From Dipteris shenzhenensis (lineage: Eukaryota), in NCBI GenBank assembly GCA_047967505.1, contig CM106538.1: a stretch of DNA of 64,000 nucleotides; one strand, written 5' to 3'. Under the pieces are notes generated by a model, which had not been told where the DNA came from, made no database searches, and was given only the letters and a program-made list of their open reading frames with translations. How positions within the stretch are numbered: position 1 is the stretch's first letter; each line of letters starts with the position of its first letter. Positions 33,940 to 47,600 of this stretch are shown piece after piece. A program made the translations under genes and the position numbers.

Positions 33940-35180
33940 CTATTGGCAATGGATGGGAGTTTGTTGTTATTGCAAGGAATGCCCTCGTCAAGATGTATAT
34001 AAAGTGTAGGAGCCTAGTTGATTCAAGGGCTATGCTTGCAAAGATGTCATGATGGGATCTGGTTTCCTTGAATATGGATACATGTGTTGCTACCTTTTGA
34101 GGAGTTGCACCCAAACCAAGGTCTTATGTGATGGTGAGCTTGTGCATGACTACATGTCTAAACATGGATACATAGGAATAGTTTTCTGAGTAACCTTCTT
34201 GTTTAGATGTATATAGCAACTGTGGGAATTTGGGGGCTGCACGTGCTGTGTTGGATAAAATGCTCCATTGGAATGTGTACTCTTGGACGATTATGATTGC
34301 TACAAGTGCTCAGAATAAGTGTGGTAATTAATCGCTAAATTTGCTTGGTCAAATGCAAATAGAAGGCTTTGAGCCATACAATTTTATTTTCATATGCGCT
34401 TTGGATGCACGTGGCAGTTCAGCAACCCTACAAGATGGTATGGGATGGGAGTCAAAACTTGTGGTGGGAACAACCCCAACATTCCATTTTACTAGCAATA
34501 GATGGGAATTAGACGTAGTTGTGGGGATAGCACTTGCAATTATGTATGCCAATTTTGGGATCTTAGATTATGTGAAGGTAGTATTTCCTAGATGTAGCAT
34601 CCTAGAATGCAATGAACACTGCATGTGTCTAGAATGGGCATTGCAAGGGGCCCTTACAAAGTGATGCCATAACAAAATTTGGTCTCTTGGAGTGCCATGA
34701 TCATTGCATGTTCCTAAAATGGCCATGGCAAAGAGGCGCTACAACTATTTGGCAAAATGTAGATTAAAAGCTTCCAACTACAAAAGATCACTTTCATTTG
34801 TGGTGTGGATGCATCTGCTAGTGTGGCATCACTAAAAGATCTCTAATGATTCATCAGTGTATGTGCTCAGAATGGACATGGCAAGGAGGCCTTGTAACTA
34901 TTTGCTCAAATGGAGATTGAAGGTTTTCAGTCAAACAAGGTCACCTATGTTTTTTTTGTGAATGTCAAGGTAGTACTTGTAGAGCAGCTCACTACATGTG
35001 CCTATCATGGGCATGGCAAGGAGGGATTGTAACTATTTATTAAAATGCATGCTTGAGGCTTTGACCCAAACATGCCCCTTTAACATTATTGAGTTTGCTT
35101 TCTCGTGCAGAATTCATGGTGATGCAGATTGGGCTTTGTGTATTACTAATTTTGTTTTGGAGTTGTATCCAATGAATGGT
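33940..35180 (+). pseudogene. PLS-class PPR pseudogene with an E-domain-like end
   Basis: NALVKMYIKCRSL; MYSNCGNLGAARAVLDKMLHWNVYSWTIMI; QMQIEGFEP..FICALDA; SCRIHGD..VLELYP; many stops and frameshifts. Confidence 0.85.
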
Positions 35181-35789
35181 TTTACGAGTAGTAGGTCGAG
35201 ACAATCTACTCTCAAATCTTATGGAAGTAAACCATAGGGGATGAATGGCAGGGTGGCACAGATATTGAAGAGGATAGCTTTGGGTGGAAGTTGAGTAGAA
35301 GTAGAAGATGATGATAAAACTAATGAATGGAGGTCAAAGAGATGATAAAAGTGCATGGAAAAGTGTGACTGACATGAAGGAAGAGAATGAAATAAAATAT
35401 CCTTTCTAGAGCTTAGTGGGACAAGGATGTACAGGTTTTCTAACACATTAGTTAGATAGAGTATGGTAGGTAATGTATAACCAATCTGGAAGTCCCTTCT
35501 TTCCTCATGCCAATTTCAAATGTATTTCATGTAGAATAGGAGTCTAAATGTAATGTAGGGTGCTCCTCAGTTCAACATCATCCCCTAAACTCCATTGGTA
35601 CTCCATTCTTGACATCGCAAGAGGAGGATGGCCCTTTACATAAGCTGGCATGAATGATGTAACTCGAGAGGGGATTTCACGGATTGTTCAAGACCTTCCA
35701 ATAGAAATAGTCTGCATGCCAACGTGCTAGAAAAGAGAATGGACATTCATGATGTCCATAATACTAGCCTAGACATTCAAGAGTGAAGT

Positions 35790-36670
35790 ATGATCCATGC
35801 TATTTTTACAAGCTATGGATGGGAAAGTGATGTTGTCATTTGTTCTACCCTCATCAATATGTATGGCAAGATTAGGAGCCTAGATGATGCAAGGGTAGTG
35901 TTTTATAGAGATCTCACAATGGGATGTGGTCTCTTTGAATTCTCTGATCACATTGCCTATGCTCAGAATAGGCATGGCAAGGAAGCCATACAAATTATCT
36001 TGGTCAAGGGTTCTAAGATATACAAAATAACCTTCATCTGCATTATGGATGCAGTTGCTACTGTGGTAGCCTTAGTAGAGGTCCACTGATCCATGCTACT
36101 ATTGCATAGCATCCATAGACAAGGGACAAGAAATACATGTTGAGATTGCTAGAAAGGGGTTTGAAAGACATCTACTTAATGGTTACACATTGTTGGATAT
36201 GTATTGCAATGCCTATGCTATGGATGTATGTGCAAGCTTGTCAGCACTTGAGAATGGAAAATTGATCCATGTTGCCATTGTTGGTAGCAGCCATGAGTAT
36301 GAGGTTGTTGTTGCAATTGCATTGGTCAATATGTATGGAAAGTGAGGGAGTTTATGTGATGCAAAACTTGTGTTTGACACTATGCCTTCTAAGGATATTG
36401 TATCTTGGAATGCCCTAATTACAACATTTATTCAGAATAGACATTGCCAGGAAGCTCTGTATACCTTGCAATTGATGCGGCTTACATGTGTTGAGCCAAA
36501 CAATATCACCTTTCTTGCACCCTTGATGCTTGCATTAGCCTAATAGCCCTTCAAGGGGGTAGTAAGTTCATTGTGCCATGATTGATACTAGGCATAAGTT
36601 CGATGGATGGTTGGGAGTACCTTATCCACATATATGGCAAATGTGGCACTCTATCTGATGCAGGGTGGGT
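35790..36670 (+). pseudogene. Second PLS-class PPR pseudogene segment
   Basis: [62 protein letters not shown]; disrupted. Confidence 0.85.
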
Positions 36671-38559
36671 GTAGTTAGTGTGGAAGACTCATGTCTGTAA
36701 GAGAGCCTGTTGCAAAAATTATCCCACAAGTCTAGAAGAGCATTGAGGAGATCACATACCTGCTAATTGGGCATATTCTCATAGATAGTTGGTCTAGCAG
36801 ATGTTTGAGTTGACTTAATGATCATTAATGTTTTGACGGACCTTTCTCTCTCATTTCCTTGTGATATGAGTGGATTGACGTGATTAATATTTTGGAATAG
36901 CATCAAGTATCAATTTTTTGGTGGTTTTTGTAAGTAACTCGCGGGATATTTTGTAGAGATAGATGAACATTTATATAGGTATGATTTTTCTTGTAGATTT
37001 TTTATATGCAAATAGAGAGTGTTTTAAACATGAAGTGTTTTTTGCGGTTAATGGGGCTGCTTCCCTTTCTCTTTGATTTTATGTACGGCGACTTGTTTTC
37101 AATTGTTGCAGGACACCCTTTTCTCAAATATTTTGTTGTCTCCCATTGGTAGCCTTTGTGTGAAAAGCAACATTGAATTTTCTTCTGCTTACCGCTTATC
37201 AAGTCGTTTTTCAGCACTGTCTGCCTTTGCATTATCAGGCTGTTGAAGCTCAACCTCCTGCTGTCAATGTCATTAGTTGTTGCTTTTGGCTGGTGTTAAC
37301 ACACAATTTCCTTCTGATTTTCATTTTCCTGGCCTGCATGTAATATAGCCTGTATGCTTTGTGTTGTTCTTCATAGCCAACAAAGATGCATTTTAATAGA
37401 TTTGGCATCCAAAGTGACACATGTCATCCTCAAGCCTGTTGCTTTTGCTGATGTTGACGAGGCTGAGAGACTCATCAAACACAATATCCCTGCTGATTAT
37501 CAGTTTCATGGCCTGCATGTCATATAGCTTGTATCCTCTCTCTATCTTTATAACTAAGGGTTTGTGCACACACTGTCAAAAATTCATAGCTGTTGCGACC
37601 CTGAGGCTTGGACTGGATTCTCTCGCATTAACAAAATTTGCAGTACTCGCACAGGAGTGTTGTTGGCCATCTGACGACCTGCAGTGAGCTCTGTCTTGCC
37701 TGTAGAGTTCTCCGTGCCATTTCTTATTGGCTAGCCAGATGTAGGAACCACATTCAAAGCTCTGGAGCCTAAGGTCAGAGCCAGATGGCACGCTTCTATT
37801 GGATAAAGACAAATCATGCATTGGTACTGAAATCTGCACCCTCTAGAAATGAGGTGCGAGTTTGAGCTCCAATGGCACTCTGAAGCTGCATTGATATCTG
37901 TGCCGTTCTTGAAAACCCACCACCAGCATCGCATTGCTGGGATCGTGTGCACAGAGCCTAACTAAGATGCATTTGATAGATTTGGCATCCAATTTTACAT
38001 AGTCATGCTTGTTGCCTGTGTCACACCAAAATTAATGCTAGCTTTGGTGGAAAAGCTGATAATCAAACAAGGGAGTTTTAAATGCCTTCCTATGTTTCTC
38101 ATTTTCATTCTTTCATGTCCGGGTTTCTCTTTTAGTTAAGTTCTATGGTAAGTTGTCACTCCTTAGACCCAAAGAAGATTATAATGGCACCTTTTTCTCT
38201 CCATGTACCCAAAATGCTCGAAAGGTACAAAGTAGGTAGAGGCAGAGAAGAGATGGAATTGCAGCAAGGAAGAGGGGACAGAGAGAAAGAGCTTTTTTGT
38301 GGCTTGAGAGAGAGATATACCCATCATTCTTCCAAGTGGTGGGGTTGCTCAAGCTGTTACTCTGGATGTATCTGCCAAAAGATGGGGGTTCTTTTGCACG
38401 ATGCCTGCAATTTTTCATCTTTTTCATGTTATGGTAGGCTCATTTTCCATTTGATAAGTCACTACATAGATCTTGTTCTTATTTTAAATGACTTGCTTTC
38501 TAAAGCCCTTGATTGTTTGTCATGGGCATCTATAGTCCATGGCATTACTTAGCTCCCTA

Positions 38560-39725
38560 TGTGGCAGCCATAGCAAGAAAGGAGCAGATGCAGCAGCTCT
38601 AGGAGCTAGGCAGGCGGCCTGTGTGGCAGCCCCATGGGCAGCTGACAGCAATAGAGACGGAAAGGCTAATAGCACTGGTTTGGGCCATTTTGAGGGCCCA
38701 TAACAGGCCTGGCCAGGTGGCCGCCTATTGGCTGCTGCCCATAAGGGGCCGGGTCACATCAGCAAAAGGTGGTAGCCAATTGACTGCTACCACATGTCAG
38801 TTAGCATAGATGGATCCACAGGTCCCCATCCTAGTCAGCCAGTCTGTCCTTCCCCAGTGGTTCAGCATCCAGGATGAGCTATAAAAGAAGTCTAGCTCTC
38901 ATTCTTCATCAGCCAGGACCTAGCAGCAGAGGCAGCACTTGAGTCCTCAGCTCCAGCAATGCCTCAGCAGCCCTTGTAGTCAGCATAGCTCTCATTGGCA
39001 CAGTTTCCTCACCCCCAAAGTTAGCCGTAGTCCATGTGTCAGCCAGTGTAGCCCGAGCCTTACACACCCAGACCAAGATGAAACACATCAGTAAGAACCA
39101 ACACTTTTTATAGGTATTTGGTGATTCTAGGCCCCATTATAAGAATCAACATAGTAGTTACCATAACTCTCTATGTAACCATGTATCCCATGTGTGTCTA
39201 CAGTATATATCTCTCTTTTTTCATTTAGCAAGCACCATTAGTGAGAGAGTGATGAAGCACCTTGCGTGTTATATTGGTATCGGATTTCAAAGCTCTTCTT
39301 CCTTAAGTTTGTTAGTAGTAAGAGTGCAAGTAGGACACTCCAGATTTGTCTGCTACCTTAGGTAGCCTCTCTATGACTCCCCTCCATCCATCAGGAGATC
39401 TACCAAATCCAGCAGGACTAACTAGATTATCGGCAAGGTCACCTTGTGCTTGACAGTTCATGTGACGAGGAGATGGTGTCCACATCTTTACACCAGCTGG
39501 TGAGGAGTGTAAGTAGGACACTCTGGATTTGTTTGCTACCTTAGTTAGCCTCTCTATGACTCCCCTCCATCCGTCATCCTCGGTGGGAGATCTGCCAGAT
39601 ATTAGCAGGATTGAACAGAGTATTGTGATGACCCTCTCCGGCAAGGTCACCATGTGCCTGACAGTTCAAGTGACGAGGAGAGGAGATGGTGTCCACATCT
39701 GAAGCATTCATTACACCAGCTGGTT
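38560..39725 (+). repeat. Unclassified LTR-like repeat with an internal ~180-220-bp tandem duplication
   Basis: Abrupt shift to GCAGC-rich sequence; TATAAAAG at ~38880; 39322..39501 repeats at 39505..39724. Termini are not securely identified. Confidence 0.4.
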
Positions 39726-41719
39726 TGATTGTAGGTGCAAGAGTCAGAGGCTCTTCTCATGAGTGTCTAACAAGAAGCCCGTGCCCACAGAAGAGCATCA
39801 GGATAGAGAAGTGCGCAGATAAGGAACGGGACCAAAAGGTCAACAATCCAACAAGGAGCATCAGCTGTGTACATGCCATCCAAGGTGGTGACATAGATAT
39901 TTTTAGGAAGCCGATGGAGAATCCAAAGACTGTCCACAAGTGCAGGCATCTCAATTCCTATCAAGTGCAACACAATTGCTATGTAAGAGAAAGCATAAAA
40001 GGTGGGGATCACTTGATATAAGGGGGGCCGAAATTGGGGTTGGTAGGAGGCATGGCCATTGGCAATGTCTTTTGAAAAGAGACAAGGGTGCTAGATCAGT
40101 AGTGGTGTAGATGAGCACTAGAAGTAGGGAATATGGAGCAAAGTATCCAAATAGTAGAGCAGGGGAGTGGATGAGTAGATGAGAGCTGGAAGTGGGGTGC
40201 ATGGAGCAAACTAACTAAATAGAATTCTCTGGTCCGTGGTTAAATAGTAACAATGGAATTGGGAGGCTCTAGATGCCAAATATGAGGGGGGCCAAGCATT
40301 AATTGGTTCTTTGATCTAATTCAGAGTGAGTAACTAACCACTTCCAGCTCTATTATAGTCACTTCCAAGGAAGCTCAATTTAGAGGTATGATGGAAAAAC
40401 AGAACCATTAGTACTCTTGTCTTGGCTCAACCAGCTCAAGAGTTATTTTTTTGTTGTTCAAAGACACGCCAGCTAAACTTGCATCCTCACTTTCCATGAC
40501 TTGATAAGAGAAGCCGTCACTTGGTTGCACAAGCAGTGCACAGGGCACTGCACTGCCTATGTGGATGTAACCAAGTATGATTGGGAAGAGTTCATCATGT
40601 CCGGTCGAGCCTGATTCTTGCCACTATAATACATGGACTATCTGAATGCCTAGTTTGTTGAGTTGACACAACAAACCACGGAATCAATCAACCTCATGCC
40701 ATGCAAGTGGCTATATACTTGCAGGTAGCAGACAGGGACTAGATCAACAATTTTTTTACATGGTATTTGTTCATATATCGAATGGTATGCCCAAAACCTT
40801 TTCGGCCAAAGATGTGTGACATTGCTTATGAGCTTGCATAAAAGGTTTTGCCATAATCTTCCAGCACCTCTCATAGTATACACTAGAGTCTTCCGTTGGG
40901 GCTGGTCTTGCATTGCCTCTCACCAGGAAGACAAAATCTTCCACCGCCTCCCACAATGGTGTCTAGAATCCTCCATCCCAACCATAAAAACCTAAGGCAG
41001 ATTAGAGGCCAAAGCAATTGAGCAGAGGCAACATGCTAGAGAGAGGAAACCCAGAGAGGACGAGCAGCAGAGCAGGAGGTGAGTGAGGGCACAAAGATAT
41101 CACTACAAGAGAGCACATCTGTATTGAATTGTTGCACAAGGAACACAGATTCTGGACCATTGTAAAAGAACAAAACCACGCAAAGATGCGAGCCTCCTAT
41201 CAAATTACTGTCTAAGAATTCATATGAATAGAAAAGCACAAATGATGCGATAGATTATCATGCCTCTGTCGAACCTGGAATACAAATAAATGTCTTCTCA
41301 TGCCTTGTCTATCTCCTGAAGATTACGATGCGATAGATTATGATGCCTCTATCAAACCTGGAATACGAATAAAGGTCTTCTCATGCCGTGTTTATCAACA
41401 AAGGATTAGAGTGTTTTTGACAAGAAGATGTATGCAGGATTTTCAGTAGCCACTCGTAATTGTTGGAAGGGATTTCTCTACGAGTTTGAATCCAAGATCT
41501 ATAGAAGTATAAAGCAAGATGGAGATGGTAGGAGACTAACTAGAGTGAGATGAAATGCAAGACATGTATAGAGGACTCAGGAGAAGTTTTGAACCACAAA
41601 GGAGACATTTTGACAGTTAAGCATCTTCTTATCATTCCCTAAAAATCAGATTTAATAATATAATTTTGAATTCTACATTTATACGTGGCTCAACGAGAGG
41701 AGAGAATTTCTTTTCATCC

Positions 41720-43876
41720 CACAATGCTACCTGCCTAAAGAGGAAGATTTCAAGCATGAGGGAATGCATTCACTAACGTGTCGAACATTCAGTGCAACTA
41801 CTACCATAAGTTTGCACACTACAAAAGAGAATGCTGCAAGAAATAGTACAACCCCGAAGGTCAATCTAGAAGCAATCGAGGTGATTTCCATGGAAGAGCA
41901 AATCATCCTAGTGGACATCCAAGTCATAGTAATTATGCCAATGAACCTCAAAATATATATCTTGCAAGTGAGAATACACAGAAGATTGATATAGTGTATT
42001 TTGACATTGATTCCAATTCAAAAGGGGAATTTATTTATCAAGTTGATCAAGCAGATCAAGATCCTTGGTACATTGACAACGGTGCATCATCGCACATGAC
42101 AAAGCATCATTAATGGTTCACAAAGATGAAACCATTAGAAGGATAGAAGAATGTTATCTACATGATGGATAACACATAGAATCCAGTTCAAGGGAAAGGC
42201 ATAGTCCCTATGAACAATTTCACTGGCACGAAAGGATTGGTGAAAGATGTACTCTGTGTTCCAAAGCTTATCAAAAACCTCTTGTCAATTGAGAAAATGA
42301 TAGAACACAACTCGAGTCATCTTCGATGGAGATGAATGTACAATCATAGACAAATCCAGAGGATATCAGCTACTAGTAGGAAAAGTAGTCAAGGAAGGAT
42401 GCTTGTTCAAAATGCTACCTTCAACACCAAACTTGCATGCCATGTTATCTCATTAGCAACCGATGCCAATTTCTGTAGTATGGCATAAGAGATATGGACA
42501 TGTTAATTCCAAAAGCTTGATGCAAAAATATGGCATTTGGAATTCCTAAGCTATAGTTTCTTCGAAATGTTTGCGAAGCATGTTGCTTGGATAAACAAAA
42601 GAGAACCAATTTTGGGAAAAGCACCTCTTGAATATGAGGTATTCTTAATTTGATACATACAGATGTATGGCGTTACACACCGACCTGCAACATCAATAAT
42701 TAACTTTACTACCTAACTTACATCAATGACTATAGCAGATATTATTGGGTCTACTTTCAGAAAGAGAAATTTGAAGTTTTTTCCAAGTTTCAAGAATTCA
42801 AAGCCATGGTAAAGGACCAAACAGGCAGAAAGATCAAAGTCATGAGATTAGATAGAGGACGTGAATACATGTCTTCAGCATTCATGAACTTTTGCAGACG
42901 TAATGGCATTTGAAGACAATTCACATGTGCAAATACTTGAGAAATACTCCTCAACAAAATGCAATAGCTGAAAGGAAGAATAGTACTTTAGCAGACAGTG
43001 CTAGAGCAATGCTCAATGAAAAGCATCTTTCGAATCAATATTGGGTAGAAGCAATTGCCATTGCAAACTACTTGCTTAATCAGCTTTCAACCGAATTGAT
43101 ATAGCGTATGATACCTTATGAAGATTCACTTAGATACAAGCCACACATTGGACATCTCTGCATATTTGGGCATAGCATATGCCCACATACATGACGATCA
43201 TCGCAAAAAGTTGGATTTTAAGTCACGCAAATGCATCATGGTTGGCTACAGTGTAAAAAGTAAAGCATACAAGTTGTGTATGATCCCATCAACCAAAAGG
43301 TCATAATCTCTAGAGATGTAATATTTGATGAAGAATCAAAATGGAAAACATCAAATGCCCAAGAGATGGACACACTAATTACTCAGTCACCTACAGAAAA
43401 GATTGATGGAAGAAGAGAAAGAATTGCCATATACACCCCGAGAAAAGCAACAGCTCAGATGGTCTACTAGGGAAAGTAGACCACCAGCTAAATTGACATA
43501 TGCTCAAAAACGCAAACCAATTCATATTGAAACTACCAATTATGCTCTTATGACTAGCATCATGGCTAGAGCCAGTGTAATTTGAAGATGCAGTTGACAA
43601 GCTAGAATGGCAAACTGCTATATGAATGAAGAAATGGATTCCAGCTTTGTACAAAAACAATGCTTGGGAATTATGCAACCTTCCACTAGGAAAGAAAGGG
43701 GAGAGTGCTAAGAAGAAAAGGGTTGGAAACCCTAACACTAACCCTAAAGGGGTTTGTATATATTCTTTATTTTTAACTAAATCTAGTGTAACAATTAGTC
43801 ATTTGTGGTGTGCTCTCTACCTGTGTCCTCTCTCCTTATCTCCACTCTTCTCCTCTCCTCTCTCCATATTTGTTCT
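41720..43876 (+). mobile_element. Decayed Ty1/copia element 1, RT/RNase H deleted, ending in PPT plus 171-bp LTR
   Basis: DPWYIDNGASSHMT, WHKRYGHVN, LIHTDVW, TPQQNAIAERKN, KLDFKSRKC, WELCNLPLGKK, then AAAGGGGAGAG-TG. Confidence 0.85.
43706..43876 (+). repeat. Short copia LTR (3' copy of element 1)
   Basis: Homologous to 44618..44787; follows a polypurine tract; contains AAACCCTAA telo-like units. Confidence 0.75.
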
Positions 43877-43884
43877 TTGTGAGC

Positions 43885-44230
43885 ATTCAAGATAGCATTT
43901 AAAGCTAGCATTGGGATGACAACATTCAAATTAGTGTATGGAATAGATGTAGTTAACCCAATGGAGTTTGTCACTGCTAGTTTGCTGATTGCAACACAAA
44001 AGCTAAGTCTGAAGGAGTTGGCAAAATTTTGATGCCATATGTCAGTTTAATTGGAGAAGAATCAACTACAAAAAGCCAATACACAACACAAATAATTCAA
44101 GAGCACAGAAAAGCATGGGTAGACATAAATATTAAATTCAAACTTTTTAAAGAAGGAGATTAGGTTCTCATGTTCAAGTCAAAATTCAATAATTCTCGAG
44201 GAAGCTCAAGTTGAGATATGATGGACCAGC
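43885..44230 (+). mobile_element. Gypsy integrase C-terminal fragment
   Basis: AFKASIGMTTFKLVYGID..PMEF; RKAWVDINIKFKLFKEGD*VLMF; KLKLRYDGP. Confidence 0.7.
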
Positions 44231-44617
44231 CAGGGCATGTGTCAAGTGATAGAAGTTTTTGGGACTTTGAAAGAAGTATGATCCAACTTTAGACTCTAAT
44301 GTTGAAATTCAAGCTTGAACCGATCCAACCGTCAATTGGGATTACAAATCATGCATAAAAGTGGAAATTGTCACACCATGGGGGTGCACCAGTACATGAG
44401 TAAACTAGCGATTCAGCTCTCTCACAAGGGCCATTCTGAGTTTCACATCATCCTTTCTCTTTTTCACCTTGTGCAACATTTCATATTCAATCAATTTCAG
44501 CACATCAGCATGCGAGGAGTTTTAAAAACCATCACAGAAGAGACTGTGGATGGAGAAGGTGTTGAGCAACCATCTCAACATCATGTGTTCAATATTGTGC
44601 ATAGCACTAACATAGAG

Positions 44618-47600
44618 TGCTATGAAGGAAAGGGTTAGAAACCCTAACCCTAACCCTAAAGGGGTTTGTATATATTCATCATTTTCAACTAAATATAGTG
44701 TACAATTAGTCATTTGTGGTGTGCTCTCTAGTTGTGCCCTCTCTCCTCACCTCCACTCTTCTCCTCTCCTCTTGCCATATTTGTTCATGGTATTAGAGCT
44801 CCCTTGCCTTCCATTGAGGCATTGAGATCATCATGAGAGAGATTGACAGATTAAGTGATTAAGAGTTCTCTTTCGTGTGAGAGTATTTTGTCCATTCCTT
44901 TTTCCGTTCATTTTTTCATGACAATGAGCAGTTCTTAGACTCTTTGTGAGAAGGAGAGTTGTTCATGAGAGATTTCTGTTAAGAGAAAGAGAAATTTCTT
45001 TTCAATTCTTTATTTCGTTGTCTATGTGAGAATTAGAAAGAGAGAGAGAGATTGAAATCCTTTAAGAGATTGTCTCAAATAGAGAAAGATTGATTGCTTT
45101 GAGGACAAGATAGAGATATAGAGGTGGTTAACTCATCCTCTACTCTGCAACAACTAAGATGCCCTTCAAGAGTGCTATCAACAACAACCAGCCACCCTAA
45201 GGACCTCACAACCAATTGAAATAGCAAGGCTTCATCACAAACAACTTTCAACAGTCGACTTGGGCACCAGGCATATTGTAGCTCTTCCACAATGATGACA
45301 TCTCCATCTATATCCGTGACCATAGAAATGCCTATTAGCAAACTACGATGGCCCCTAATCCCTTCTATGCTCTATAGCCGGCAAGCACCTCCTACCATCT
45401 ACCACTCTCACTTGTCCAACAACTGCAAAGGCTCAGTACACGGGAAAATGACTCCAAAGCTTCCGCAACAAAGTGCATGCAAAGTGCATGAGGCAAGTCT
45501 TTAACAAAGCTGACTTCTTCTAGGAAGCCAATGCCATCGACTCATTAAAGGCAGGTAAACACTTGATCTAGCTGCATCTTCAATGACAATGCTCCTGATA
45601 GATAATGGAACAAGACCTTATGCGAGATTCTAGCTACACACACCCAGTAAACCGGCCAGAAGAAGGCACAATGGATGGCTCCTCCAGATAGACACGACCA
45701 CCTTCTTCTACACACAACAATGAACAATGCCTGTGACCCAAACGGCAATGCAAAAGAGTATAAGCAACCTCCGAGCTCTCAACAACACCACGGTGACCAA
45801 GTCGCCCATCAACGCTATCCACAAGGCTTCGCCACATAGTCGATGCCAACGAAACAGCTATAGGATCCTGTAAGTTGACAGAATTGTTTCAAGATTTCGG
45901 TGAATCTTTTGCAATTTTGTTGAATCTGAGTGGCTTATCTTACCTCTTAGTCACCGGTGTGACACATGGAGTCTTATCTACCAAGTCACACATACACACC
46001 ATATCATCAGTGGCCCGGTGTTTGCCACATTATCCATTAGACCTTATCTTGAACGGGGTAGCCGTCTACCACTACCACATCAGCAAGAGTGCCATTTACC
46101 TCATCAGCGCAACCAGGTCGGCTTGATAGGTCAACACTGCCATGTAAGCCTCACTGCCACATTAGCACCGAGGTCCCTAGAGCCACATCAATAAGGCCAC
46201 ATCATCACAACCACGTGGCATTGAGCCCATAGAGGCACAATTACCCCTTCGTAGACACACTATGCACCTTGCATGTGCACTCAGATAGTGCCACCTCAGA
46301 GTGCTCCACAAGCATAGTAATCTCTTCATAAACACTACATGTGAACTCACCTGCCATCTTATCATAGTGCTCCATAGACACACCCTTTGGCTAGCACACT
46401 TTCCATGTGACCCCTCTTGCCACATCATCACCTCATCCTTTTTTCCCCCCTCCACCAGATCAAGCAGTATCTGTTGATCAAGGAAGAATTTGAGGGTGCT
46501 CCAAAAAGGAAAAATGCTCGAATTTTTATGCTCCACATGCTCATTACATTATGTGCACATTTTGGCACAAATATCACACACATTTTAGACTTGGTGTCAA
46601 ATCCACTTCTTGCACACACACAAGTCTCTACATTGATGCATCTGACCCAACACCTAAAATGAACAAAGAAAAGGAATTATTTGTTGCTTTTTCATCGCTC
46701 AACAGTTGGTCTAGAACTAGATCAGAGTAGTTAGATCATCCTTAGAGAAGAGAACTCCAAAGCTACCAATCGAAGCCATGCCCAAAAATTCCCAAATAGT
46801 TCCTACTCAGAGTCAATCCCTTCACTCACATACGGTTTCACATCATTACATTTCCTAAAACCTGACCACCATCAGATCAGTGGGCAAACTTTAGAGTTTT
46901 TTGAGGCATTGGCTAGTGGATCAACATGCAAATTTCACATCATTTTATTTTACACTCACATGCCACCATTATAAAGCCTATTGGCTATTTTTCTGCTTTG
47001 TGCACTTTATTTGAGCCTTGTAAAGCCTCTCAGCTATTCCCAGCATCATTTCCCACAAGCCTTGTAATAGGTTGGATTATATATTGCAGTTCTATCTTTA
47101 TCGACAGTTTAGATTGCACTTGATATAGTCAATGTATTGCAGTTGATTCAGGCAGTGATTTTCATAGGCACTTTGAGTACTATCTTGCACCATGTCTACG
47201 ACTAGAAACCTCAATTTGGAGGCATCTGCTAAGCTAGAAAATTAAAATTATGTCAAATGGAAATACCAAATGGAGACCATTCTTGTATTTTAAGACAAAT
47301 GGGAGTATGTAGATGGGTCTACACCTAGACCATCAAACAATCTAACATCCACCACTCTCACCATTGCCACAACACAAGCAATGAGATCTACACCTGCATC
47401 AATAGTGTCCACACCTACCGCAAATCTTGCCATTGCCCCCAAGCAGAGGAATAATGGGACAAGAAAGACAAATATGCATATCATTTGATCAAGAAGAATG
47501 TGCAAGATGTCATGCTTGGACAGCTCCAACACAATCAAGACATCAAAAGAAGCATGGGATATGTTAGCAGCTCTTTACGAGTCTAAGAACACATCCAAGA

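Noticed and set aside
44638-44660. Interstitial telomere
   Set aside because: Only three CCCTAA-type units, and they are part of the copia LTR.
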